Source of the DNA: a virus
Lineage: Duplodnaviria; Caudoviricetes
Direction: 5' to 3' (one strand)
Virus record (IMG/VR): IMGVR_UViG_3300020037_002148
Coordinates: 1-64,000 of that record
DNA length: 64,000 nucleotides
In this document: positions 37,412 to 46,137 of the stretch, piece by piece
Layout of the letters: every line of letters starts with the position of its first letter
How positions within the stretch are numbered: the first letter of the stretch is position 1
Translations under genes and position numbers: made by a program
The notes under the pieces: model-generated
What the model was told of the DNA's origin: nothing
Database searches by the model: none
The model's input: the letters and a program-made list of their open reading frames with translations, nothing else

Positions 37412-37753
37412 ATGTTTAAACAAGGAGACTATATAGTTGTTTTAAAAGACTCTTCTCCTGAAAATAATTGGAAGAATTTTGTTATAAAACAAATAAAAAA
37501 TTATAATGAAATTATGCCTGTAGTAACTCCATTAGGTAGAGATAATTCAGATTGTGATCAAAGTTATTCTTATTTTACTGAAAAAAATAATGTTTGGAGA
37601 TATGCAAATGAAGAAGAGATAGAATATTATAATCAGATAAATAAACCATTTGACACTTCTAAATTTGAAAAATTTAAAGAACATGTTTTAAAACAAAGTC
37701 CTGTTAAACATAAATATCTAACAGAATTATTAGAAAAGTTAAAAGTTGAATAA
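37412..37753 (+). CDS. Small protein with the shared C-terminal helix (KYLTELLEKLKVE)
   Basis: ORF track and motif. Confidence 0.7.
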   Translation: MFKQGDYIVVLKDSSPENNWKNFVIKQIKNYNEIMPVVTPLGRDNSDCDQSYSYFTEKNNVWRYANEEEIEYYNQINKPFDTSKFEKFKEHVLKQSPVKHKYLTELLEKLKVE

Positions 37754-38037
37754 TGAAATTTATAATAGGTAGGTGGTATAAAATAAGTAGTAGTATTACA
37801 TATATTAAATTTGAAAAAATTGAAAATGGGATATTTGTAGCTTCTGATGATATATTATTGGGTAAATATGATGGTACAGGTGGTAATTATGGAATTATAA
37901 CTCGGAATACTTATGAATTATTAGAAGATTTGTCAGAAATTCAAAAATATTTACCTAAAGATCATCCTGATATTCTCCCTATAAAAGAAGATATAGATTA
38001 TCTTACACAAACTTTAAAAAGATATGGAATTAGATGA
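37753..38037 (+). CDS. Small protein with the shared C-terminal helix (DYLTQTLKRYGIR)
   Basis: ORF track and motif. Confidence 0.7.
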   Translation: MKFIIGRWYKISSSITYIKFEKIENGIFVASDDILLGKYDGTGGNYGIITRNTYELLEDLSEIQKYLPKDHPDILPIKEDIDYLTQTLKRYGIR

Positions 38038-38323
38038 GTTATTGAGAAAAGCTAGAATACGTTATCCTGTAGGTACTAAGTTTAAAATAGTACATATGCC
38101 TAAACATATAGTGGAAGTTAAAAATCATGATCCATATCCTGTCCATGATGAAAATTATATTAATTTCTATATTAATAAACCTCTACTTGATTGTGAAGGT
38201 GCTTGTGTGTATCAATATGGTAAATGGGCTGAAATAATTTCATTACCTGAGACAAAGACTGTAAAAGTAAATAAAAAAGATAATTATATAATTAATCTTT
38301 TTAAAAAATTAAAAATAAAATAA
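38024..38323 (+). CDS. Small protein with the shared C-terminal helix (NYIINLFKKLKIK); paralog of 39813
   Basis: RYP.GT.F and Y.GKWAEII.LP shared with 39813. Confidence 0.7.
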   Translation: MELDELLRKARIRYPVGTKFKIVHMPKHIVEVKNHDPYPVHDENYINFYINKPLLDCEGACVYQYGKWAEIISLPETKTVKVNKKDNYIINLFKKLKIK

Positions 38324-38327
38324 ATAA

Positions 38328-38513
38328 ATGGGAACAGAAATGGAGGCATTATTAGCCGAACTTCGTGGATTAAAAAATAATGCTAGTACAATACAAAATA
38401 CTAGAGATATTTGGGAAAAAATAGGTAATAAAGATTGGGCTGGTGCAGGTTTCAAGGATGAAGCAGAAGCATTAGAATGGTTAGAAAAAAATGCTTACGA
38501 AAATCTTGCTTAA
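38328..38513 (+). CDS. Hypothetical protein
   Basis: ORF track. Confidence 0.6.
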   Translation: MGTEMEALLAELRGLKNNASTIQNTRDIWEKIGNKDWAGAGFKDEAEALEWLEKNAYENLA

Positions 38514-38531
38514 TAAATTAAAATAAATAAA

Positions 38532-38795
38532 ATGGAAAATAAAATAAGACAATTTATTCAAGATAATGATTTATCTTTTGAACCTGGAAACAGAAATTTT
38601 ACAATGATCACACTCATTGGTTATTCACAATTCTTAGAACTTTCTAAAGAAGATTTAGAAAAAGAACTTCAAGAAGAAATTGATGAAGATAGTGTAATTC
38701 AAGAGGAAATTGACAGACTTTGGAGTTATGCAAGTTCTAATAATTATGCTAAATATTGGAAAACAACACAAGCTAAAAAAGATTGGGAATTTTAA
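38532..38795 (+). CDS. Hypothetical protein, possibly a PriCT-like helical domain
   Basis: EPGNRN..M..L.G pattern; weak. Confidence 0.4.
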   Translation: MENKIRQFIQDNDLSFEPGNRNFTMITLIGYSQFLELSKEDLEKELQEEIDEDSVIQEEIDRLWSYASSNNYAKYWKTTQAKKDWEF

Positions 38796-38805
38796 TTTAA
38801 AACAA

Positions 38806-39093
38806 ATGAATAGTACAATTTATATCATCAGTAAATATTCTGAAAATCAATGGTTAGAAAAAGATGGTAAATGGTATAAATATTTTGTAATAGATATTGA
38901 TGATATAAATCTAGCTGTAAAGGAATATTGTAAAGATTTAGAATATATTTTAAAAGAAAATTCTATTAATTGGGATAAAAATAAAATGGAAATTACTTGG
39001 AATTATTTTCAAACTTGGGATGTTAAAAAAGAATATGAAGAAAATGATTATTTTAATATACAAGAAATTAAACACATTAAAAAATTAATATGA
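38806..39093 (+). CDS. Hypothetical protein (start re-called to ATG 38806)
   Basis: The track TTG start lies inside the upstream gene. Confidence 0.6.
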   Translation: MNSTIYIISKYSENQWLEKDGKWYKYFVIDIDDINLAVKEYCKDLEYILKENSINWDKNKMEITWNYFQTWDVKKEYEENDYFNIQEIKHIKKLI

Positions 39094-39560
39094 AATCATT
39101 TTTATTATATAAAAATTCTCCAACTGTTAAATGGGGATTAATACCAGATGGATTATTCTATGAAGGTGTTGTACCAGAAGGATATGACTTAGCAGTATGT
39201 CCTTCAGAAAATATTGTCATATTAGATGTAGATGAAAAAAATGGTAAATCAGGTCATAGTCATATTCCAATACATATTTTAAATCAATTAAAAACCACTT
39301 ATAATTATAAAACTAAATCAGGAGGATCTCATTATTGGTTACATTACACAGGTAATAAAGTATTACTTAATAGAGCAACAAAATTTGGCTTAGATTTAAG
39401 AGTAGGTAAAAATAAATTAACTGGTAATAATGGTGGATATGTTAAATATCCACCAACTAATAAAGATATACGAGAATGTGTCCATCTTATAAAAGAAAGC
39501 GATACATTATTAAATCATTTTTTAGAAAATCTTTTTAGTAATGATAGAGAAATTACCTAA
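39090..39560 (+). CDS. Stand-alone Prim-Pol (AEP) catalytic domain
   Basis: ILDVD, KT.SGG.H.W, D.R and GGYV motifs. Confidence 0.75.
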   Translation: MKSFLLYKNSPTVKWGLIPDGLFYEGVVPEGYDLAVCPSENIVILDVDEKNGKSGHSHIPIHILNQLKTTYNYKTKSGGSHYWLHYTGNKVLLNRATKFGLDLRVGKNKLTGNNGGYVKYPPTNKDIRECVHLIKESDTLLNHFLENLFSNDREIT

Positions 39561-39816
39561 ACAATGGTGTATTAAAGTAGAGGAAGATAATACACCAATT
39601 GAAGTATTAAAATGGAGAATATATGATAAAGATAGACGTGGTTCTGGAATATGGAATTGTAATGGATGGATAGATAATACTGGGTATTGTAGTAGTTATT
39701 TACCTTTAGATTGTGATGAAATCTCATTAAATGATTTCAAAAGATTAGTATTAAATCAACCACCTGATAACTATAATTATTTAATAACCCTATTAAAAAA
39801 TTTAAATATAAAATGA
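39541..39816 (+). CDS. Small protein with the shared C-terminal helix (NYLITLLKNLNIK); related to 40100
   Basis: LP..W N-terminus and EI...FK. Confidence 0.7.
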   Translation: MIEKLPKQWCIKVEEDNTPIEVLKWRIYDKDRRGSGIWNCNGWIDNTGYCSSYLPLDCDEISLNDFKRLVLNQPPDNYNYLITLLKNLNIK

Positions 39817-40103
39817 ATTTAGAATTATTAGAAGAAGCTAAAAAACGTTATCCTATAGGTACTATATTTATTTCTCCTCAAAATAGACGACAATATACTG
39901 TTACTTTATATAAAAATGTAGATGAAAGTTATTATTTAACTGATCATGATACAGAAGCATTAGCTACAATTAATTCATCAGGTACAGGTGATTTTTTATA
40001 TTATAATGGTAAATGGGCTGAAATTATTTTATTACCTATTATAAATACGAATGAAAACTACAACTATTTAATTAAACTTCTTAAAAGATTGAATATAAAA
40101 TGA
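39813..40103 (+). CDS. Small protein with the shared C-terminal helix (NYLIKLLKRLNIK)
   Basis: ORF track and motif. Confidence 0.7.
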   Translation: MNLELLEEAKKRYPIGTIFISPQNRRQYTVTLYKNVDESYYLTDHDTEALATINSSGTGDFLYYNGKWAEIILLPIINTNENYNYLIKLLKRLNIK

Positions 40104-40372
40104 AAGAACTTCCAGAAGTATGGTATTTAGAATTTAAAACAATAGAACAATTTAATGAATTATGTTTACTATATAAACCTAATTATAGTTTTTATGAAAG
40201 TATTGGTATAACTAATAAGAACACGGGTACAAAATTAGGAAATTATTATTATAAAGAACTTAATGTAAAATATGGAGAAGAAATAACATATGAACAATTT
40301 AAACAATTTACAACTAAGAAAATTGATATTAGTTATTTAAAGAATTTGTTTAAGAAATTAAATATAAGATAA
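40100..40372 (+). CDS. Small protein with the shared C-terminal helix (SYLKNLFKKLNIR)
   Basis: ORF track and motif. Confidence 0.7.
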   Translation: MKELPEVWYLEFKTIEQFNELCLLYKPNYSFYESIGITNKNTGTKLGNYYYKELNVKYGEEITYEQFKQFTTKKIDISYLKNLFKKLNIR

Positions 40373-40415
40373 AAGCGGGAATAGTTAATAAAAACTACCC
40401 CGCTTTCTCTTTTAA
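40371..40415. terminator. Bidirectional terminator between the convergent blocks
   Basis: AAAGCGGG...CCCGCTTT with inner TAGTT/AACTA; T tracts on both strands. Confidence 0.85.
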
Positions 40416-40451
40416 TTTTATAACACTCTTATAATGTCTGTTAAGACTTTA

Positions 40452-43400
40452 TTATTTATTCTGTTGCATTTGAAGAGATTTAATACTTTCTCCTAAATCC
40501 ATTTTAGAAGGTGAAGCACCAAATAACTTTAAGAATTTAGCCATTATTTTACTATCACCTTTTTCATAGTAACCTGTAGCTTTCTCATATCTTTCTACAT
40601 CTCCAGTAAGTGCTAAATTGAAAAAATCTTGTGGAACTTGTTCAAGAAAAGATACAGTTTTAGTTACATAACCATACATTACTGAAGGAGTTGATAAATT
40701 TCTTTTAATATCTCCTATATCCGGTAATCCTTTTCTATTAATATCTCCTAATTGACCAAAAGCAGATAACTCTGCATTTAATCTCATCATAGGTGCTAAT
40801 AACATAGCTATTCTAGCTTTTTCATCATCATCTCCAGCAGCTTTCATCATACCTGTTAATCCTGCAATTAAAATACTTGTCATTAATATAAAAGCCATAT
40901 CCATAGCATTTCTTCTAAGATTTGCTAATTCTTTAGGTGTAAGAGTAGAAGTATCTGTTTTTAAAACACTATTTAATATCCCGTCTTTTGAAGTATGGAA
41001 GCCAAATCCTACTTTAACCATCTCTTTAAATTCTTCTCTCATTAATCTGTAGAAAGTTCTATTATAACCTTCAGTAATATCCATTACTCTGAAATTCTTT
41101 CTTTCTCCTCTCCATCTTTTAGCAATTGAATTAGCCATAAAATTTCTCATAAATTTAATTACTCTGCTATACCAAAATTTATTAGCCATTGGTGCAGTCA
41201 TTTTAGAATAGTTACCGTGAGTACTTTGCAGTACATAATTTAATTTATTTTTAAATGTATTTGAAAGTAACCCATTTGAAGTTGTAGAACCTAATTGAGA
41301 TAAAATATTATTTTTAATTTCTATTTTTTTAGTTTCAGGATTCCAAGCATTTTTATATACTTCATATAAATTAGTATCACTACCATGCTCATCTTTTAAT
41401 TTAGTTGTCTTCATTAATGCTAACATCATAGTTAATTGTACATTATGTTCTCCTAAACTTTGTAAAAACATTAAAGGTGAAGAATTCATTAAAATTCTAG
41501 CTTTAGATTTAGAAATCTTTCTACCAAATTTATCTTTAAATTCACCCATAAAAGGATCTACAATTTCTATTAATTGACCTATAAAAGTTTCAGGTATAGG
41601 ATCTACAACATCTTTAATAAAATCATTAGAGAAAGAAGCATATTCTTTATTAGCCCATGCAAGTGTAGCTTTATCAACAAATTGTTGAGCATGAGATTCA
41701 ATCATATTTTGAGCACCTCCTTGTAAATAATTGGCTACATTTGAAAATAATCCAAAAGGTAATCCCATACTTGTATTTGCAATTACTCCTGAAAGAGTAT
41801 CTACAAGAGAATGTAAATCAGTTTCTCCTAAAACAGGTATGTTAACCATTGATTTTTCTCTACTAATTCCATAAATAGCATGATCTATATAATATTTAAA
41901 AAATGCTTCAACATTACTTTCAGATGAATCTACATAAGCATCTAATCCTGGAAGATTTAATTCTTCTGCAAATTTCTTTAATACTAATTTACCTTTAGAA
42001 TCTGTTTTCTTAGGTTTGTTTGTAGCAATAGCAATTTGAAGAGCTGACATTAAAGGTTCTAATTTAACTCTTGATTCATATTGTAGAGCTTCTTTAGCAA
42101 ATAATAATGTAGATTGAGCTAAATCTAAAGAAACATCTTCCAATGCTATTTTAGATGTGTACATAGTAGGTATAACTTTTAAACCACTTTCAGTAGTTTC
42201 ACCATACTGCATTTTTGTATCACTTCCTACTTCATTAAATGCTCTATCCCATTTATCTTTAACAAATTTACCAATTCCATCCTGTGATTTTTCTAATCCT
42301 ACTTTATTATTATAAGGTAAAATATACTTTTCTTCTTGAGATAATTGTTGAGGAAGCAATTGTCTGGATTTATGTGCTTGAGATATAAGCATATTATAGA
42401 AATTTAATTTTGGTATATCACCTCCATTTTGAATAGCAGTCCATTTATCATTAATGAATTTATCATTAGGTTCTCTTAATTCTTTACCTTCTTTAGTATC
42501 ATTTCTAACTTCAATTATATTACCATATTTATCCATTTTAAAAGAAGCAATTTTCCAATCATTAAATTGTTTTTCAGAAATCAATTTATTTTCAACATCT
42601 TTCATTTTATCTTTTATAACAGATAAATAACCTTGTTTGATTACAACACCATTAATTACTTCATCTTTAGCTGCAATAGGTTTTGTATTTTGAGAATACC
42701 AATCATTTAATTTCTTCCAATATTCATTTCTATCTTCAATGTTTTTAATTGATTCTTGAAATTCTTTTTTCTCTTTATTGAATTTAGTAATATCTGTTTT
42801 TTGAACATAAGCTACTTCTTGTCTTTCAATAAATTCTTTTGAAACTGGATCAAAATAACCAAGTGTAATAATTTCAAATAATCCATCATTAAATTCTTTA
42901 GGATTATTTCTAATACCTTCTCTTGTTCTTGCATATTCTTTATATACAGGTAAAAATTCTTCCTGCAACTCCATTAAATGCTGACGTAACTCATTGTCAT
43001 TATTATCAATAATTTGACTTGCTCCTGCTACAAATACATTAGGAGCATCTTGAGGAGCCATTAACCACATTTGAGCAAAAGAAATATCTTCATCCATACC
43101 ATCTTTTAATTGACGAGTAATATCTTCTTCAGTAGTAGTTAATGTTCTTGTTTTAATCTTGATTTTATCTTTTAGATTTCCAATTTTCTTTTCTAGTTTT
43201 TTACTCTTATTATTACCAACCCCACCTGTCTTTTTATTTATCTCCAATAACTCTATTTGAGCTTCATTTATTTCATTCTGAATTTTATCTATTTTCTTTT
43301 GGAAGTCTTTAGTAAATTCTTCATTATCTGTAAATTGTTTAAAATTCTCAACCATAAAAGGAGTAATAGTTCTTTTATATTGATTATCAATATGATCTAA

Positions 43401-45395
43401 CACTTTCTTTATATCACCTAATTTAGAAACTAAACTTTCAGGATCATTATTATCTTTACCTACTTCATCATAAAATTCTATTAACTCGTTCATTAAAGGT
43501 CTAAAGTGATTTACTTTCTTCTTATAACTCAATAAATTCTGAATAATTTCTCTATTATCAGTTATTTTTTTATTTTTAATTTCATTTACTAAACCATTAA
43601 TTTTAGATTGTAAATTAAAATCTCCAGTAATAAATGTTTTATGTAATTCAGTTACATATAAAGCTAATCTACTTGCAGCTACAAAATCTTTATTTTCAAT
43701 AACTCTTAACATTCTCTTTAAATCCTTAATACTATAAGTAGTATTTTCAGTTGAAATATGTTCTAATAAAGCAATTTCATTTTTAATTGCTAATACAACA
43801 TTACTTACATTTTGTTCAAATTGAGTTTCATAAGTGTTAGCAATTCTAAAATTATGTTTTGAATCTATATTAGTTTTATTTAAATAAGTAGTATTTAATT
43901 GTAGAGGAAAATGTTTTTCAACATTAATTTTACTAACTTCATTTCCAGTGGTTTCTACAATATGAATAGGTAATATTTGTATAGGTTTAGAATCTTTAAG
44001 TGGAATACCTCTGGATTCTAATATACCTGCATACATAGATAATTGAGCTTCATGTTTTTCTTTTTTAGAACCTCTATCATTTTGAAATGCTTTATCATAT
44101 CTATTAGTATATTCTTCTCCACTTTCACCTACTTTAGTATAATCTTCAAAATATCTACCATTAAATTTAGTTGGATTAACACTTGATTTTAAATCTATAA
44201 TTTCACTATTACCAAATTCATCTACTAATATTAAATCAGCAGTACCTCCAATTTTCTCTCCTTCATTATAAAGAAATACTTGTGGAATTGCTACTTTAGT
44301 AGGATTTTGTTTTAAAAAGTTATTAAATTCATAAATAAGTTTATTAGTGATTTCTTCATTTATCTGACTTTCTTCACCTCTTTTATTTCTAAGTTTTTCT
44401 ATAGTGGATAAAACATTTTCTAATTGATTTTCATCAAATCTAAATTGAATTACACTTCTAAGAATGTCATCAATTTGATTCCCCCAAATTCTATTATTTT
44501 CATATTTAGATTCATCAAATTTATCATCAAATTTAAATCTTTCATCTTTACCTATAATAGTAGAAGCTCTATCTAATACAGTATTATTTTTAAGTATATA
44601 ATTCTTTTCTGTAGTACCACTTAAATCACTTGACATAGACATTAACTTCTCTGCATTTCTCTTTTGTTCAAATGTAGTATTAATATGTTCAAATTGTTGA
44701 GTGACAAGTGTATTTACTTCTTCACTCCAATCATTTTCTTTAAAAGTATCATCTTTAATTCCATTTTGTTTTCCAAGATTATTGAAGAAATTAAGACTAT
44801 CTGTAATATCATTTGATTGAATTTTTTGAAAAAGTAAATCATCTGGAAATAAATCTTGATCTTGTACATATCCCCCAAATGAATTAGTTTGTCTTTTAAC
44901 CTCACTTCTAATTAAACTTCTTGGATATTTTTTAGCTACTTCTTTTAAAGCTGCTATTTTAGTGTTAATTAAAGCTTGTTCTGTGTATTCTTTTTGAGGA
45001 GTGTTAGGAGTTAAACTTGGGTAAGTTCCATTTTTAATATTTAATTCTGCTTGAATATTCTTAATACTTTCTTTTAAATTATCTTTAGTTTGAGTTGGTT
45101 GAATACCATTAGTTTCTATTTTAAATAAATTGATAGCTTCTTCTAAAGTAATTTCTTTTATTTTATCAGTTAAATTCTTTAAATAAAACTTACCGTTTTC
45201 TTTAAAAACTTCTCCTTGTACAAATCTTTTTTCTCTACCAGAATACGCTGTAAATTTATCAGGTAAATTTTTATTTAAATTAATTTCAGGTTTAACTAAC
45301 TTACCATATTTATCTATTCCCTTTTCTTTGTATAGAATAGACTGTAACTCTTCTTTAGAGTACCAATTATTATTATATTTATATTTACAAGCCAT
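40452..45395 (-). CDS. Large virion ejection/cargo protein with a PD-(D/E)xK nuclease-like domain and a C-terminal TM region
   Basis: GTADLILVD...IIDLKS...QLSMY motif near 44040-44250; hydrophobic helix near the C-terminus. Confidence 0.75.
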   Translation of the reverse strand: MACKYKYNNNWYSKEELQSILYKEKGIDKYGKLVKPEINLNKNLPDKFTAYSGREKRFVQGEVFKENGKFYLKNLTDKIKEITLEEAINLFKIETNGIQPTQTKDNLKESIKNIQAELNIKNGTYPSLTPNTPQKEYTEQALINTKIAALKEVAKKYPRSLIRSEVKRQTNSFGGYVQDQDLFPDDLLFQKIQSNDITDSLNFFNNLGKQNGIKDDTFKENDWSEEVNTLVTQQFEHINTTFEQKRNAEKLMSMSSDLSGTTEKNYILKNNTVLDRASTIIGKDERFKFDDKFDESKYENNRIWGNQIDDILRSVIQFRFDENQLENVLSTIEKLRNKRGEESQINEEITNKLIYEFNNFLKQNPTKVAIPQVFLYNEGEKIGGTADLILVDEFGNSEIIDLKSSVNPTKFNGRYFEDYTKVGESGEEYTNRYDKAFQNDRGSKKEKHEAQLSMYAGILESRGIPLKDSKPIQILPIHIVETTGNEVSKINVEKHFPLQLNTTYLNKTNIDSKHNFRIANTYETQFEQNVSNVVLAIKNEIALLEHISTENTTYSIKDLKRMLRVIENKDFVAASRLALYVTELHKTFITGDFNLQSKINGLVNEIKNKKITDNREIIQNLLSYKKKVNHFRPLMNELIEFYDEVGKDNNDPESLVSKLGDIKKVLDHIDNQYKRTITPFMVENFKQFTDNEEFTKDFQKKIDKIQNEINEAQIELLEINKKTGGVGNNKSKKLEKKIGNLKDKIKIKTRTLTTTEEDITRQLKDGMDEDISFAQMWLMAPQDAPNVFVAGASQIIDNNDNELRQHLMELQEEFLPVYKEYARTREGIRNNPKEFNDGLFEIITLGYFDPVSKEFIERQEVAYVQKTDITKFNKEKKEFQESIKNIEDRNEYWKKLNDWYSQNTKPIAAKDEVINGVVIKQGYLSVIKDKMKDVENKLISEKQFNDWKIASFKMDKYGNIIEVRNDTKEGKELREPNDKFINDKWTAIQNGGDIPKLNFYNMLISQAHKSRQLLPQQLSQEEKYILPYNNKVGLEKSQDGIGKFVKDKWDRAFNEVGSDTKMQYGETTESGLKVIPTMYTSKIALEDVSLDLAQSTLLFAKEALQYESRVKLEPLMSALQIAIATNKPKKTDSKGKLVLKKFAEELNLPGLDAYVDSSESNVEAFFKYYIDHAIYGISREKSMVNIPVLGETDLHSLVDTLSGVIANTSMGLPFGLFSNVANYLQGGAQNMIESHAQQFVDKATLAWANKEYASFSNDFIKDVVDPIPETFIGQLIEIVDPFMGEFKDKFGRKISKSKARILMNSSPLMFLQSLGEHNVQLTMMLALMKTTKLKDEHGSDTNLYEVYKNAWNPETKKIEIKNNILSQLGSTTSNGLLSNTFKNKLNYVLQSTHGNYSKMTAPMANKFWYSRVIKFMRNFMANSIAKRWRGERKNFRVMDITEGYNRTFYRLMREEFKEMVKVGFGFHTSKDGILNSVLKTDTSTLTPKELANLRRNAMDMAFILMTSILIAGLTGMMKAAGDDDEKARIAMLLAPMMRLNAELSAFGQLGDINRKGLPDIGDIKRNLSTPSVMYGYVTKTVSFLEQVPQDFFNLALTGDVERYEKATGYYEKGDSKIMAKFLKLFGASPSKMDLGESIKSLQMQQNK

Positions 45396-45396
45396 A

Positions 45397-46137
45397 TTAA
45401 TTATTATTTATTTTGTCCCAAAGATAAACTCTTGATTTTTTATACAATATATTTTCTATTTGCTTACCTAACTTATATTTTTCTCTTATCTCTTTAACAG
45501 ATAAACCATTAATTCTATCTTTTATAGCTTCTATTAATAATTCATCAGAATATTTAGTTAAATGTCTTGACTGTATTTTTGTATTATTAATTAAATGCTT
45601 CTCTTCATCAGGAATAATATAATCAGAAACATCCACCCAAGTTCTATGAGATTTTATACTTTGTATTGTGTTTTGCGCTACATTAAACATTTTAGATATT
45701 TCTAAAGCAGTTTTATTGTAAGCAATTAATTTTTTAATTTCAGTTACCTGGTCTTTATTTAGTATATATCTTCCATTTTCAACTCTATTTTCCTTATCTT
45801 CTTTATGTTTTTTAGAAATAGATTTACTTAAATTTTCAAATCCTTTTGTTTTTATATATTTACCTGCTTTTTTACATATATTAAAAGGAGGGTTTAAATT
45901 GTCTAAAAACCATTGTTCTAATTTTACTAAATATATATCTGGGCAAATTGCTATTATTTCAAATTTAAAATTATTAATTCCATGCTTATTATAACTATTT
46001 TGTAATTTAATTGAAGAATGTTTGTTTCTTTTTAATTGATTAAAATGTTGCCATTCTCTGTTTTTTAAATTACAAGAACTACCAATATAAAATTTATTAT
46101 TTACAAGATTAGTTATTTTATATATACCGCTTAACAT
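45397..46137 (-). CDS. Free-standing GIY-YIG homing endonuclease
   Basis: SGIYKITNLVNNKFYIGSS; C-terminal HTH-like repeats. Confidence 0.9.
   Translation of the reverse strand: MLSGIYKITNLVNNKFYIGSSCNLKNREWQHFNQLKRNKHSSIKLQNSYNKHGINNFKFEIIAICPDIYLVKLEQWFLDNLNPPFNICKKAGKYIKTKGFENLSKSISKKHKEDKENRVENGRYILNKDQVTEIKKLIAYNKTALEISKMFNVAQNTIQSIKSHRTWVDVSDYIIPDEEKHLINNTKIQSRHLTKYSDELLIEAIKDRINGLSVKEIREKYKLGKQIENILYKKSRVYLWDKINNN

Noticed and set aside
45397-46137. GIY-YIG gene as an intron splitting one larger ejection gene
   Set aside because: No group I core motifs are present. Flanking genes have their own stop and ATG with tight TAA-T-ATG style spacing, so it is free-standing.
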